Shown in pieces: positions 1 through 14,900 of a stretch of 64,000 bases of DNA. The stretch is from Raillietiella orientalis (lineage: Eukaryota): assembly GCA_036172245.1 (NCBI GenBank), contig JAYWIR010000004.1:3720001-3784000 (forward strand), read 5' to 3'. Below the pieces are notes generated by a model that was not told the origin of the DNA, did not search any database, and saw only the letters and a program-made list of their open reading frames with translations. The position numbers were made by a program, and so were the translations under genes. How positions within the stretch are numbered: position 1 is the stretch's first letter; the number at the start of each line of letters is the position of its first letter.

Positions 1-2400
1 GTCAGAGTGGATGACTGGGACACCACGAAAGTGAACCATTCTGAGCATGAACTTTAATGTCGAACGAGGCATTAAGTCCGTTCCTCTCATACCTGGGGAG
101 GGATCCCCGGAATGGAGATCGTTTCCACCCTGGTTGTCTCCCGAAAGGGGACCCTGAAGGAAAATCTCCTTCCTTATTCTCTCCTGTGAGAGAGCACCAG
201 AGAGAGTAAGTACATAAGATGGAGTACATAAAATGGAAAAAGGGAAGAAAAGCGGAAACTGTTATGATGGAGAAAAACATTCAATTTGCACACATCTTCT
301 GAATCCAGTGCCAATACACAACATGGCAAGCCTCGAAAGACAGATGGATGAGTTGGAGCACTGTTATATGGGGCTTTACCGGAGAAAGGCACTGGGTGAC
401 ACAGTGAAACACAGGATCCTGCAGTACGCTTGCAAGGAATTGAACAAGCAACAGGAGATGGAGATGAAAGCAGAGAGAAGATGATCGAGGCAGAGTTCAC
501 GAGACTACACAAGGATGCAGCAGCGGGACCGGATAGTTTCGCAACCAATCACTGCCAGCAGCACCTTCCAGTTTATATCAGCCTGTTCCTCCAGATGGCG
601 AGAGAATCGAAGGAGAGGCGAAATTAGGAAGTCATGCCAACGTTTTACGATACCATTAGTCTCCCAGAGAAGTGACTTCATCAGAGCCACCCAATGGAGG
701 TCAATCGCTGATTTAATACGGGTACCAACCGGTTATTAAAGATCTACGCCCAAGAGTTAAGAGCAGTAATGGACTCAGTGATTATTGTCATCCAAAGGTG
801 CATAGTTTCTGGGCACCACATACGAGCAAGCATCAGTCGGCTCCCCAGCCATCATTAGTTTCCATAGAGACATCAGAAATGACCCGGTTCTGGGTTGCAA
901 TAGCATTGGAGAAGGCATCGTACACTATGGACCACAGGATGCACCTCGGAATCCTGGAAAAACCATGCTTCCCAGGACAATTATGCGCATGTGTGAAGAC
1001 AGTGATGGAGGAATAAACTTCAAGGTAATGATCAACGGCAAGGAGACAAGTGCACTTTGGATGAAAAGGGGCTCCTACAACGAGATGCCTTCAGTCCATT
1101 GCTATTCGTCCCTCATATAAAAGCCTCGTAGAGCCTTATAAAAGAAGGCACTCGACTCAAATGTTTCCAGTTAGAAAAGGAGTCTATTTATCGTAAGCCG
1201 ATGGTCACCTCCTGCTCATGAGGGATGCGGTAGAATGGCGGAAACAGGAGTGGGAGTGAAAATCTATGCCAAGAGTCCAAACCGCTGACTACAGGAGTCC
1301 TATGGGCACCCAAGAAACGAGAGGATTCAGAGCGATCAGCAAAGTGAACTGCTTGGAGATCGGCATCCACAACCCATCTGAAAGAGACCCACAGGAATGA
1401 GATTAGAAGTGATCAATTAGAACAGATCTGACTTCTGCCAAGAATAAGGCTGATCCATGGAGTTGGTCTTGGTTCTCGAGCTACTGTTTGGAGAGATCTT
1501 CTGTCCAATGCCGGAGAATTTCAAGAAGCGGATGAAATACATCGAGAGAAACTTCATTTGGGAGGAAGTGGAAGCCTGGTCGAAACGGGAATGTTTGTGC
1601 CACCCAAGAGGAGAGAAGGACATTGGGGTGAAGGAATGGCGGCACGCCGTAAAGGACTCTGAAGGACGCCAAATTCTTAGAATTGAGCAAATTTTGGATG
1701 GTTTATCTTATGCAGCTCATAATGTATACTCAAAGGTTATCAAGAGCTCCAACGGCTCAGCAGCAGCACTAGATAGAAGAACTAAACATTTGAAGAAAAT
1801 ACATCCTGGAGTGGCTCAGAAAACAAGAATGGATCATGTAAACAGTCTGAAAGTCGTCTCCAGCAAGTGAAGAACTTTTGAGAAAAAGAAGTGACATCGT
1901 GATTCCCAGTCTTTCCCCTCATTTCATGGTTTCCTTATTTGTCGGAGAATCAGACGCAGTCGCAACTGCCACGGATGAGGTGTTCCTGCGTAAATGGAAG
2001 TCCAAGCTTTCCCTCCTATGTGGTGGGTCTTAGATGGAAGATGCGCCACATCAGAGGCGAGAAAACTATGGAAAACGACCGAGGGATGGGATGGATTGCG
2101 TCACCACTCTCGAAATCACCTCTGCATCGAAGACCAAGTTGCTGCAGAAGAATCAAAGTGATAGAATCAAAGAAACTGACAGTACACACACGACGAAAAA
2201 AGTCAACTCTTTGGTAATTGGAGCAACTCTGAAGAATTCGGATCTCCCACCGAGCCGCTCGTGTTTCACAATGGAGGTCTGTTGGGTGGCACCAGTCTCT
2301 AGCACGGAACAGGGAACCCTATGAGACGAGTTCTTCAAGGCAACAGAGGGTAATCGAAGATTCCACAGATTCCACTCCACATACTCAACTGTCAAACTAT
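1..2400 (+). mobile_element. Decayed LINE ORF2 (end of APE, RT, downstream region)
   Basis: Broken frames give LINE motifs in order: SEHEL (~SDH), HKDAAAGPD (~APGPDG), IPLVSQRSDFIRATQWRSI (~LIPK..NWRPI), VAIALEKASYTMDH (~D.EKAYD.VDH), MKRG-LQRDAFSPLLFV (~GLRQGDPLSPLLF), ERNFIW..AW..LC.PR.E..IG. Confidence 0.75.
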
Positions 2401-2649
2401 TTAGTGGTTGGAAAGCAATAAAACAGAAAAAAAGCATGCAGAACAACACGATAAAGGAGACATCGATAAGGATTTTTGGAGAAGGAGACAACAGCAACCT
2501 AAATATTATGTTTCTGAGTAACCCATGTTTGGGGTTATTGCAGAGGCCTTCTCCTCTTGTTAGAAGAAAAACTTATGTTCTGTTGTGTATATGCAAATAG
2601 GGACTATAAACAAATGATGAAGAGATTTTTCATCATCTCCATAGTAAAG

Positions 2650-3540
2650 AGATTCTGCTTCACCCTCAGATACTTCTTGGTGAACGGAGCTTTCTTTTCT
2701 TCATCCTATTTGTAGTTGGAGGCCATGCACTTCTTGATTTGCCGCATCGCTACTTCATTATGAGCAGTGAATTCATGCTTCCAGTTTATGTCCCGAGAGT
2801 ACTGAATGCTGGAACAAAGCATCGCTTGCATGTGATGTTGTGCTTGGCTCTGAGGGTCTTCTACTCTTCCATCACTTTGTCGTTTGCCAGACTCATGATT
2901 CCCGGAATTCTACGACTATCGCTCATACTGGTTCAGAGATCCCTTTGGAGGCAAACTGCAGAGCCAGTCCTCGGTACTTGCTCCATGTCTGCTGTCTTGC
3001 TTCTAGAACCCCCACTGAGTTCTAGAAGGGCATGGGACGTCTAGTATTGTCACTGTTCCTGTATTCTTGGCGAAAAGATCTGGTTGAAGCTTAAACTCCA
3101 TCCTAGAGATGGGCTGGTTAGAGGTCGCTGGCTCCGAATGCTTCCAGGCAGCCCTCTCAATTCGTCCCACGGTTCATCGCACCTTTCGGCAATCAGACCT
3201 GGTTGCTGATACTCTTGAGGGACTCTTCCCATACCACACACTTACTGAAGATCTGGTCTCAGACATTCCTAGTAGACGATGTCCTATCAGACAGTATATT
3301 AAACCGTGCCACCACATGGATGGATCTGTATTCCGCAAATCTTAGGTGTCCTTCCATTACTCAGAAAAGGTCCTGTCACACGATGCCGTTCCAAGCAGGA
3401 TATTCAACACTATCGAGATGAATTAAAGAGACCATCACATAGTTCATCAGAAGTATCGTGATAAGAAGAACCAAACCAAGAAAATCCAGGGGATAGCTCA
3501 GAATCTGAGACACGCTACCCCAGGATCATGGAAGGAGCAA
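2650..3540 (-). mobile_element. Possible old LINE 3' remnant
   Basis: Fragmented minus-strand frames (e.g. WSLSFNQIFSPRIQEQ) resemble the region before the zinc finger in LINE ORF2; heavily decayed. Confidence 0.3.
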
Positions 3541-3989
3541 ATGGAAAGAACTTTAGTGTGCCTAGTTGCATTTTATTTGCTTTCATTGCATTGAGGCATA
3601 CTTTAACCTTTGGGTGCGGCGCTCATCAGGTTTAAACGTTCTGGGTTGATGGCACGCGAGTCGTGGTTGCCATCTCTGTGGACGGAATGCTTTTTCCCGT
3701 ACCACGTACTCTATCGAAGTATCCACTGACTATAGAAAGTGCTGATTAAAGTTCCTATTATAATTGTCTATTTACACCTTTATTTATTGCTTATTTATTT
3801 TATTTACACAGAGCTGTGACTCTGGAGAACCGAGAATAGTTAGCGGATATAGATGGAATTTTGTTTACTGTCGTTGCCAAGGTAATTATAAGAACGTAAG
3901 TGTACGTGCCCACCTCAAACATGGAAAGTGTTAACCTATGTCACGTGTGTAAGGTAGAAACATATGCTACACGCATACTTGCGCCCACG

Positions 3990-4400
3990 CCGATAATTTT
4001 CGTCGGATGCATATATGCGTCCATAGGACTCAAAGGGTGAATGCATATCTTGCAGCAAGCCGGACTGGAAGATAGACTAATTGCCTTTGCACCTTGAGCA
4101 GAGGCACAAATATTTTGGAAGGGTCTGAACTTTGAAGGCACGAATCACTCGTGGGAGATCTCCGGAGGAAGTGGCAAAGATCTGAAATATGGCTTTGATA
4201 ATGATGAGATTCTGAGATAGCTCGAGTTCTACTTTCATGGCTCCGAAGCTGTTCAAGCACCAGGGAGGCGAATCCAACGCGCCTTAGGTGTTTATCCAGT
4301 GAAGGTGTTGGGCTATCACCTTTAGAATGAAGCTGGACAGGAAATCATGATAGATAGAGACAGGTACGATAAGGAGGATGTATTCTCCTGAATCAAAGGC
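3990..4400 (-). mobile_element. Possible LINE ORF1 (gag-like CCHC) remnant
   Basis: LPKYLCLCSRCKG followed, after a frameshift, by SPACCKIC..H resembles the tandem zinc knuckles of LINE ORF1. Confidence 0.25.
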
Positions 4401-5989
4401 ACAATCGAGGAATTCTGCGTGCTTGCTTTTATGTTGCATCGTACCACGAAAGTTCCATCAACCGAGATGCGTCTTTCAGTTCATATCCACTTGTTCATTG
4501 TTGTGCATAGCCTCGGGTCATAGTTGTCGCTCAGCGATTCATACCTTCAATGGTCATCAGAACTCAGAAGATTTGTCATGTATGAAGTACAATGCTATTA
4601 GAGGTCTGACGAGAGGGCGATTTCTACAAAGTGGGGCAAGCGTTCTGTACCATGGGAGGAGCTCCTGCTTGTATCAACAAGGGGAGATCATTTGAGAAGA
4701 ACAGATTCTGAAGAGAAAACCATCATTCGAGTCAGCCTTCCTTTTTAGCAATTCTATTCCAAAGCTCTTGACCAACTTTGCATTTGGTGATTAGAAACGA
4801 CATTTTAGATTCAGTCGGCATGGCTTGGTTTTGTTTCTTTCTACAAAAAATCAGATTCAGTGTAAGATGATCCATGTAAACATTCTGTGCAGGGCAAAGT
4901 ATGATGTCTAGCTTGTGAGTCTTCAGAGATTACATTTTTACCTCGGAAGCACCCATGTTATACAAACAGTCTAATCCAAAGGTCAAACTAGATCAATTTT
5001 TCCGCAATCAAAATTTCAAATCATTGATTGATTGAAGAAAAAATTTGACCGAAAGGGTTCAGCGGCTAAGAATTAGCGCGAAATTGCGGAACAATGAGTT
5101 CCAAAGTGTTCTTTTGCTTCCAAAGTGTTCACAAGACTTTAACAGCGTCTTAAGGCACCAGCGGACCCATTGCACGCAACGATTACTGCACTCTTTTGTG
5201 CTCATTCACGTGGAGTTATAAGAATCCGTGAGACATCCTCTATCGAAAAATTACCTGGAAGCTGCAAATTCCTTCCTACTCCCGCTGGTGGCGATGTCCG
5301 AGATTTATTTTGAGAGATCTGCGAACTTCCCTGTCATTAATTATTATTAATCGATAATCCTCATTTGTCATGATCACCGCTTGTTATTCATTTTTATCAC
5401 CGACATCAATTTTATGGAACAAGAATCATCCCAGCTCGCTCCTATAAGTTGGTGGCAGTCATCATGAATAAATCATTCAACTGCTTCTTCCATAGTCAGC
5501 AATAATGAAGGCCACACTTCCGAGTTGGAACGGGAGCATCACCTACCAGTGTTACTCCTGTATGTATGTATGACCGTGGTTGTGAACTCAGTTTCACTTG
5601 TCTTCAGTGCTGAGGTGTCTTCGAGTAAACTGACCAGTTGCACTTTTTGCAAAGCTGCTCATCCTTGCTGACGACAGATGTTGGAAGCACATGCGTCCTG
5701 TGCAGAAACTGTTCATTCACGCCAAGGGGAAACCACGGATTTCTGGAGGACTCACTGGAATTCGAATGGGAATGACATGCTATAGGGATCTCCCTCTTTT
5801 TCTGCTTGTCAAGTCGACATTCAGAAAAAGAAGGCGATGTTAGATAATGATCAGAAAATGAAAAAGGAGAAGAGATGATTCAAGCGTTGCTGTCGAAGCT
5901 GGAACAATGTTTGGAAATTTCACTTTTCGAAGGTCTTTCCAGCGAAGTAGCACTAGCATAGAAGTGTAGGAACAGGTACGAGATTGATG

Positions 5990-8900
5990 CTCGACCAACG
6001 CTCGCCACTTTTCGAAGTTGCAGCATCCGAACACTGGAAAGCATGCCAAGATTTCGCCATCCGATGACACAGTTCACTGCAATCAACTGACGTGCGTTCA
6101 GAGTCCTCAGGTGAGTCTGCAGCCTCAGAGCCACTGTGCAGAGAAAAGTATCAATCACATGCCAACGCATTGGGGCTTCCAAACAAAATGGATTACGTTG
6201 CTACCTGGTATGGAAAGAGAGACAGACGCTGGCTACTTCGTGATTCACTGAAGTTTGCAAATGCTCCAACTTTCATGCTCAGAGTTTGAAAGTCTTTGAG
6301 ATACTTCTGTGTATCTTCTCCTTCTGCTCTTTCGGATTGAGTCTTTGCCCGTTCATATCCTCTTTTTAACCTGATTTGATGTACCGAAATCTAAATCGAT
6401 GTCTACACCTCCACTTCGACTGCATCTAAACAGGAAAATGTCACTAAAGACTCCTTCCGAGCATACGATGGTCGTAGATGAGCGGTTTCCCACAAGTTCC
6501 ACAAGTTGGCTGCATCTTGTAGCGTGGTGAGTCCTCTAAGTACGAATCCCACCTTTTTGCAAGATTCGGTTTGAGGCCATAACGCTCGTGGACCTGCTTC
6601 CCCAGGTCTGCAATGGCTTCGCAGTCTGCTAGCTTCGGGACGATGCTGCCAAGGTGGGCTAAGAACGATGGGAGGGAAAGGGAAACCTCAGAGGTAACCT
6701 GCTCAGAGGAAGGAGAAATCTCCAGCCTCTCGGTGACCAGCGTGAAAAGAGCACCTTTGAGAGCAGCTCCAGCAGCCCACTTTCTACGTTATCAAAAGCA
6801 TAAGGCTTTCATTACCAATGTTTGCATGAAGATGAACACTGCAGCTAAAGTGAGAGTACTCTCAAGGTATGGTTCTTCAACCAAAGTCTTATCTCCAGAT
6901 AGTAAATGGAGATCAACCTGATTACTTAGCAACGAAGGGGCAACGAAGGGGCTAAGTTTTTCAAAGGCTTGTGTAATCTATAATGAATACAGCACTCGGA
7001 AGATCTGCTTGCTTCTGATTTATTTCGACGTTATAAGGGAATGTAAGACGACAGACTAATGATTCTGCAGTCCACGATTTTTTCTCGGTGCTTCTGAACT
7101 CCCTAAATGTATGTTGGCAGCCGTTTTTCATCTGGAGGGTTTCCCCTCTTATTTGTGTTTCTCTCTTAGTAGCACCTGGAGTGATTGTTGACAAACATAT
7201 GTGGCAAACAGGATGGCTTAAATAATTCGTTCAATTAGTTATGCTGCATCGCATTCTGTGTTCAATTCCTGAATGCTCTTGGTTTTTCGAGGATCTTCTC
7301 TTGGAGAATCTCTTGAGTTTCCCAAACGAAATTGCACAGTGCCTACTGTTGGAAAAATGCATTACGTATTCATTATGTAGCTGAAGGAGCAAAGAATCAT
7401 GTCACCATGCCTTCCTTGTTCAACATTTCTTCGTGAGGTTTCATGCGTTTAATTTTTCGTCAGTTGCTTCGTTTTTGACTTCACCCTTCCTCTGTACAGT
7501 AAGAAACCGATTCCTCTGTGCAAGGAGTAACTGGAAAACAATTACACTCATAAGTAACGAAAGCTGTGAAGTTAAAGATCATACAAGACTCGCTGCAAGA
7601 GTCGAAAGGGATTAAGAAGCCGAATGCATATAAGACATCTAGTCGGAAACACTGTATCCTTGAAACACACAACGTGCATAAAAAAACGTTATTCTTCTTG
7701 CTTTTTATTCCATTCAAAGAATTTTAGGACGTGCTTTTATGTAAAGTTAAACGTAAACATGCTGTGGTGAAAGTTCAGCTCAAAGAATGGATCATTTTTG
7801 AGTGCTCCACAGTACTCGGTTTCTCAAGAAGCTTAAATAGAGATTCGAAGGTTTCTTTAACATTCCAAAACTGTTCTTATCCTCACAATTCATATTCATG
7901 ACTAAGGAAGAATGCTCCTTCGTTTTGAAAAACAGTGCTTGCTTTTTTGTAAGATCGCCCTCCAAAAAGAAGGGAGAAAGAAACAGATCGGTTTTCCCCG
8001 GTCCGACTTGCGGTGGGGTGAATTTATTTTCAATTTTCATTCATGGATGCGCTTGTCAATGCCATTGGTTTTCACTGTTTTTCACTTTCAGGGTGGGTCT
8101 TTGGGCATCCAGTCATTGAGTTTGTGTGGGGTATTCACTCACTTGACAATGTTCCTGAGTCCTTCGCAGGATGTAACAGTACGTCCAAGTGGGAAGACGT
8201 CCACAGCTTCTGATCCCAATTTCCCTCTTCACTAATCCTTTCAGGATTTCCACAGCTGGCACACTGTTTATTCCGGTCCGCATTTTTGCTCTTCTCACCA
8301 CGATGCTCGTGATAAAGAGGGCGATGGTGATGCGGACCATTGGGTTGTATCGGGGAACGTTGCCCTTCCCTTCAAACATCCCTGCCAGCATCTCCATCTT
8401 GTCCATCCTCTGCAGGCCTGTCACCTCCTTCAGCTTGGCCCAGTCCCGGAGCAGCCTCGGGCAGGTGAGCACGTGGACTTGGGTTAAGAAGAAGGAAGAA
8501 GGGAACAGATCGGTCAGCGAAGGCTTGTTTGGAAGAGTTTTGAGAATTCCCACAGAGAATATTTATTAAGGTTTTCAGCAATGCTTTTAACGGTAACCTA
8601 CGATTCATGACAGCGGCCGTGATTACTGTTGGAAAGATGTGTCGTGCGGAGACGGGAGAAGGGGAACTAAGTCTCCATCAGGGGTTACGTACGATCTGAT
8701 CGGTCCACAACTGTCCTGAGGCTCCTCCCTTTGATCGAAGGTTCCCGTTTGAATGACTTCATCCCAGTACGCATATCGATCGTGACTAGCTTCCTCGGAC
8801 GGCTTGGTTCTTCCTCTTCTTTCGTCTTAGAAGTCTCGGCTGCTCTTGAGCGGCAGAAAGGCACTGCTTGAGCAGTGTCATGAATTGCAAAGGAGAAGAA

Positions 8901-11900
8901 ACGTCACGAATACCATGAAGATATGGACAGCAAGCAGCTGGAAGACATCTGGATCAAGGGATTAAGGAACGACGATTCCCAAAGCTTCCTTCATCTTCGA
9001 GAAGGTTCTTGACAGCACTGATGGCTTCGAACTGGTTTCGAATTGAAAACCGGTTCCCGAGAGCTGTTTCGTCCTCTCTTGGAAGCCGTTCTGCCTCTTG
9101 TGGATTCCTTAAAGCTATACACCCCGTTTGTTAGATGTGAGTTTCACCAGTTTAATGAGTCAGCCGTGTCCAGGCTTTGCAGATAAGCAGCGCGATGAAA
9201 TATCCCTTTGGTTTCTCCACTGGCGAAAGGAATTTATCACATGTTTAATAAGAAAGCTGGAGTTGCGAGAAAAAAATCAACAAGTAGTGGCTTCTGGTAG
9301 CTGCCTGGTGCAGCAAATGAAGCAAAAGTTATCAGGAGCCTACACTGCAAAGAGCTTCAGCATCACTGGAACATCACAACAAACACGGAAAAAGCATCAA
9401 GCAGCTATTTATCCACAGATGCTAAGGAGTTTTCTGCAAGTATTTCTACACAGAAGCATCGTTTTTGCCTTCTCGAAAATGTGCATCCCAAAAGTAGCAC
9501 ATGGAATAGAATCTGAGGATCGGCTTTCCTAGGATGCGAGATGGAAAAGGAAACCGAGAGAACTCAAAACAACGGTTACAAGCTCGATGCGTCTCGACAT
9601 AAATATTTAGTGAAGAACTGTTATGTGCTCAGGAGAGGCAGGGAACTTCCAGAAGCGTAAATTCAATTAAAATAGTGCGGTGTTTATTCTTATATTTGCT
9701 AAACTTCAGCCGGTAATTGCTTGCTCCCTGCGTCAGCAATGAGGAGTGCAGTTATTAGATGCTTTGTCGGTTCATCCTGCGATCACTTCACTGCTTCCTC
9801 CATTGGGATGAGTTTCCATTTCGTGCTTCTGGCTGAATTCATTTTGCACATTTAAATTTGGTCCCATCCCTCTACCTCTACATTGCAGAACTGGATTTCT
9901 TCGTTGACCATTTTTCTTTCTGACTCATCAGTTATCTTCAGTTTTTCCAATCCGCAATCCCATGAGTGTGGTGTTTCTTATGGACCCTTCCGTCTCTCAA
10001 TGTTGTTTTCCATCACGTAATCAACTTTGAATTCCTTTTAGTTGGTGTAAGGCCTCCCCATCCCCTTTTTTTGTCTTCTATTTTCGTTTATTTGATGTTA
10101 CTCCTGCTTTGCATCCTCATTATTTTCTGCTGAGCCTCTCGGTTCTCCTTAATCCAAAAGAAAAGTTCCAATTACTAGCTAACCATTTCTACTGATCCTT
10201 CCAATCTTAACCGTTCAGCTCCCACTCACTCCTTCCAGTAACCCCAATCATTTCTTTTTTTCGTCTTAGAGAAATTTCCATAAAGAACTTTTTTCCAAGG
10301 GAGCCCGGAGTCCTTCCGAACGAATGAGGTTTCTTTCAAATGTCTCTCGGTAACCGATGTTTGTATTCTCATTCGGAGGATTAGTATGTAAACCTTTGTC
10401 GCTAAGAAATAGGAGTGAATCCTTCTCGATAATTGCCGGATTCTAGCAATCGGCAGGATGATGGGATCTAGGTTGATAAATTGACGAGAATGAGGACCCA
10501 TTAGCTACTTGCAGCTCGTCAGCAAACGGTCAGTGCCTCGTTCAATTAGGACAACTATGGCAACCAGTATGCTGACATTGCTTTTTTCCAAACGTGAACT
10601 CTGCTGGGAAACTCGTCAATCCATGTCATTCAATTCTGCAAGTCCACTTTCAACCGTGCAGGAACCTTTATATACAACCAAAGGTTTCCAAGACTCCATC
10701 ATCCCTCCAATAGCTGTTCTTACAAGTGATACTTCGGAACCAGGGCTTCGGAAAAAAATTTTGAAGATCATCGATTTACTGTCATCAGCAGTCACTTCGC
10801 AGGAATCTCTCCCGGGTTCCTGCATCTCCCAAATGTTTGCAGTTCATCTCGAGGCTCGATTCACCAGTGTGCAGGCCTTTCACACGTAGAAGTCGCAAGG
10901 CAGGCGATTTTTTCCAATCTTCATTTTAAAGCATTCCATCCCCAGGTTGATGAGTTCATGATGCTGCACACACGTGTTTGGACCATAAGCATCGTTCATG
11001 AAGGCATGCAAGAACGCAATCCCTGTCGAGAAGTGAGCTTTGGTATGACAGTCTGAGAGCGTTCCTCTGTGAGGGAACTCTAGTATAAGATTGCTTTGGA
11101 CGAAATTTCGTGTCAAAGTTTGTGATGTCTTCCAAGATTTCTGTGATTGAATTTCCCAGCTAAGAGAATAAGAATAAAAGGGTGAGGAACTTTATTCTGC
11201 AAAAACTTGTTCCGCAAACAACTGCAAAGTGCTTTTGACTCAAAGTGATTCAAACAATTTCAAATCTGAAGTGATTCGAACTGAGTTCGATTTGCAGCTC
11301 CAGAGATTGTTTTTTTCCTTGCAGCAGCAGTATTACTAAGAATAACGAAAGGATTACTCCTCGAAAGTCCTAAAAGCACAGAGATATTTTTGGAATCACA
11401 TCAGAGGCATATTTCAATCTCCGGTGAGGTCCAAAAATGGATTTCTTCAGCTCCTGGTCATTCTCAAAATTTTGCTTGTTCTGCTCTTTTCATGTGCCTC
11501 CGTCGAAACTGCACTTTGCAAAAAGAGTCATCTTATGGGGACCTCACTCAGTGAGCAGAACCAAAGGAAATGATTAAATACCGAGTCCAGTGATGCAATA
11601 CGTAAAGTGTAAAATACCTAGTCCGTGAGTGTTGTGTGCTTCAATTCCTCTGGATAATAGATCATGCCATTTGTTCCAAGAATTAGCTTTACATCATTTG
11701 CACACAAAGTATTAGTCTGTTTCGGGCTTACCAGAATTTCCTCGCTTGTCCAGGTTTCAGAATCACTGCATCGTAGCCTCACAACACCACGACTAAGAAG
11801 TCTCAAGGGAAGAAAACTTACCTCTCGCGAAGTGAAGCCGACTGTGCACTCGGAGTTGCCACGAGTTCCTCATAGACCCCTCTGGTGGTCCCCTCTGGGT

Positions 11901-14900
11901 TCGACAAGGACCACCAGCCCTCCGTTCGTTTCTTCAGCTGTGGTGAACACGGTACACACACTCCTGAAAAACTTCAGCCTCTCAGGAAATCTCTGATGCC
12001 CATAGCTTTGGCTCTCTCTCCAGTAGCGATGCAATCGTTTTCTCATATGCTTCTCTGTGCTCTGGTCAGAGCACTAGTGTATTCGCACCTCTCTGTTCTT
12101 CTAGTGTCGGAGATGAACGCCTTCAGAATCATTGAATTTAGATCTTCCAGTATAAACCGTAACTACTCATAGTCTGGAGGCATTCTTTCAGTTTAGAATC
12201 AAATAAAATGTCATCAAGGCAATGGCAGAGTGCCCTGTTCATTCTTGGCTATTTCCATGGTTCCATGTTGGGCAAATAAAATCGATGTAATTTAAAGTCC
12301 TCGATAAATCAAATTTGTCTATTGAAACAGGCCATCATTTCCCAAGGAATGCATCCGTGGAATATTTACTCAGAACAAACACCCATTTTGTAGCGTATAT
12401 CCATGTATGAAGTTGCGAGTTTATTTAGTTGATCCTACGGATCGATGCAACTGCACATTAGTTTAATTATTGAGTAGTACTCTAATATGAGACAGTGAAA
12501 GAGTAATATTTAAGCCTGCTGCTGTGGTAGAAAATCAAGTAGCAGTTCTCTATGCTAGTGTAGCATTTGCTAATCCATTATGCGAAATGGAGAATCATCA
12601 CGTGACAAGTCTCACTGTACTTGGCACTGCATATCAGTCTGATGACATAAACAGATTGCGCTCACCGTCATTTCCTTAATCTGCAAAACATTCTTAAATT
12701 GTCAGAAGACTCATTAGATGTAACAAGGAATGAAATAAAAGGGTGTCGGTGATTAAATGTAGCCTTTCCTGCTGCTTCTTCAGCAGAGTGCAGTTTCAAG
12801 GTTGAGGAACTTACGACACGCTCTTCCGAGTCCGCGGAAAAGGATTGCTGCTCTCTCTGACTCGAAGCATCTGGAACACCAATGGAACTGTTTTCAGCCA
12901 GCAATCATCTCGAAGTTTAACCTGGAATTTCACTGTTCGTCACAGGAAAGGAAGGAAGGGAACGCTGCAAGGAAATCCGTGCAGCTGGAAACGAAACGTG
13001 TGAGAACGTGCAAGCGGTATGAACTCATAAATTACACGATGCATGTGCGTGCCGTGTCATCTGACTCATCTGAAAGAAAACATGAAATTTCGTATTCCTA
13101 GAATCCTCCTGTTGAAGAACTTTACTGGTAGTTGATCATTATTTACCTAAAGTAAAGTAAAGAAAGTAGAGGACCACGTCCGGTGCAACTGAATCGGAGT
13201 TCGAAAGATGTTACGTGTGCCAGACGCAGAAGCGAGTCATGCGTGGGTGTGGCGGTTTCAATGGATAATGGTGATGAAGGAACTAGGGAATCATTTGGAT
13301 TTAACTGATGCTATCGAGAGGAACTTCTGATGAGTGCTCACGCCAGAGGTCTGTTGAAAATGCGACTCGCCACGAGGAAGAAACTGAAGTAGGCGTTGTT
13401 CGATGGGTTCAAAAACAATACCAAATGCAGGCCACCACCTCTGTGTAGAGAGCCCCGACAGCAACCTCACTTTGCATATCTCGAAATTTTTCCTAATGAG
13501 ATGAGTTTTCATGTAAAAGCATCAGGCAGGATTTTAATGTACTGCTGAAGAACGAGCATAGGAAAGGATTGTGGGAGGATTCTCTGGCTGCTAAGGACAC
13601 GTTGGAATAGGCGTTTCCTTGGAAGTTGCGACACCAAACTTCCGCTTTAAGTTTCATGGATCCTCTTTCCGATGATTGCATTTTGTTGATGATGTGAAAA
13701 TGCAGCCGCTGTTGGCATTCATAATTTTTTTTTTTCTTCAAAATCCATTTCAGTCGCATTCAGATGCTCCACATTTTAGGGATTTTTTCTTCCTTCAAGC
13801 AATCTATTTTCATCAAGTGTACTTTCTTTCCTAGCTATTCTTTACCAGTACTAGTAATTCGGCGTCTCAGCACCACAGACTCGTGCTGCCAATTTCATAC
13901 TCGAAACTGCCCTATAAGAAGATGTATTCACGTCTGAGAAGTATGCTAATCGCAGGAATAAGGTAAGTTGGAGGTGTCAAAGAAGTAGGAAAGACGTGGA
14001 AATGCTGTCTGCGAAACAGAGCGGGCCAATGTGTGTGATTAAAGGAGGTTGCTTGGTTCTACGGTGGGTGTGAAGAGATCTGAGGCAGTACCATCGTGAT
14101 CGACCGAGCACGAAGCTGAAAACATTATGGATCGTGTTATGGAAAGAAGCAACTGTTGGGTGACCTCAACACAGAAGAGTTGGTCTGAAGAAATCGATCA
14201 ACATGTTTTCACTTTTCAAAGGACCTATGCAAACTCATGGAATCGTTCCGAAGAGGACGAATCTGAACCCGCTCTAACATCCAGAGAATTCCAGAGAACC
14301 CCTGCAAATCGTGTGAGGTGAGGGAAACGAAATCATGCCTGATGACATGCAAGATTCTTTCGGGATTCACGTTCGAGATTAAAATTGCATTCTTCATGTT
14401 TCCATGGAGGAACTAGCAAGCATTGATTCAGTCTCCTGAAGGAAAACAAGAACATTCAGTTTCAGATTTCTTGGAAAGAATAACAAAGTGTCTCCACATT
14501 TTGATTCGTTTGCCTCACTTGTTTTTATCTATGATCTTAAAGACAAGCACAAGTTGAAATCCCAGAATCGTCTTTTTGAATTGAAAATAGTGAACACGGA
14601 AAAACATTGAGATTCAAAAATTCAAGAACAGTCAGCAAATGCAGTTTTCCAGTCATTCGTTGTTTGAATTGGCTTCACATTGGCTTCACATATTTACTGT
14701 CCCAGGAAAAGTTTTGTGCTCCGATAAAGGAAGGGGAATGCCCCGTTAATAATAATAATAACCAGGAAGGGAAAATCTTGGGAAGGTCTTCATCACTTGT
14801 CCCTGGTCTCCAAGCAGAATGAAGCAGATGACATCAGAGTACTCAAGTAGAAGGTTGTTATAATGAAGCACGGCAAGCAGCCGTAGAAGACGAAAATAGT

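Noticed and set aside
3596..3635. Hammerhead-like CTGATGAG on the minus strand (also at 9925, 13327, 42409)
   Set aside because: No paired stem II followed by GAAA in any case.
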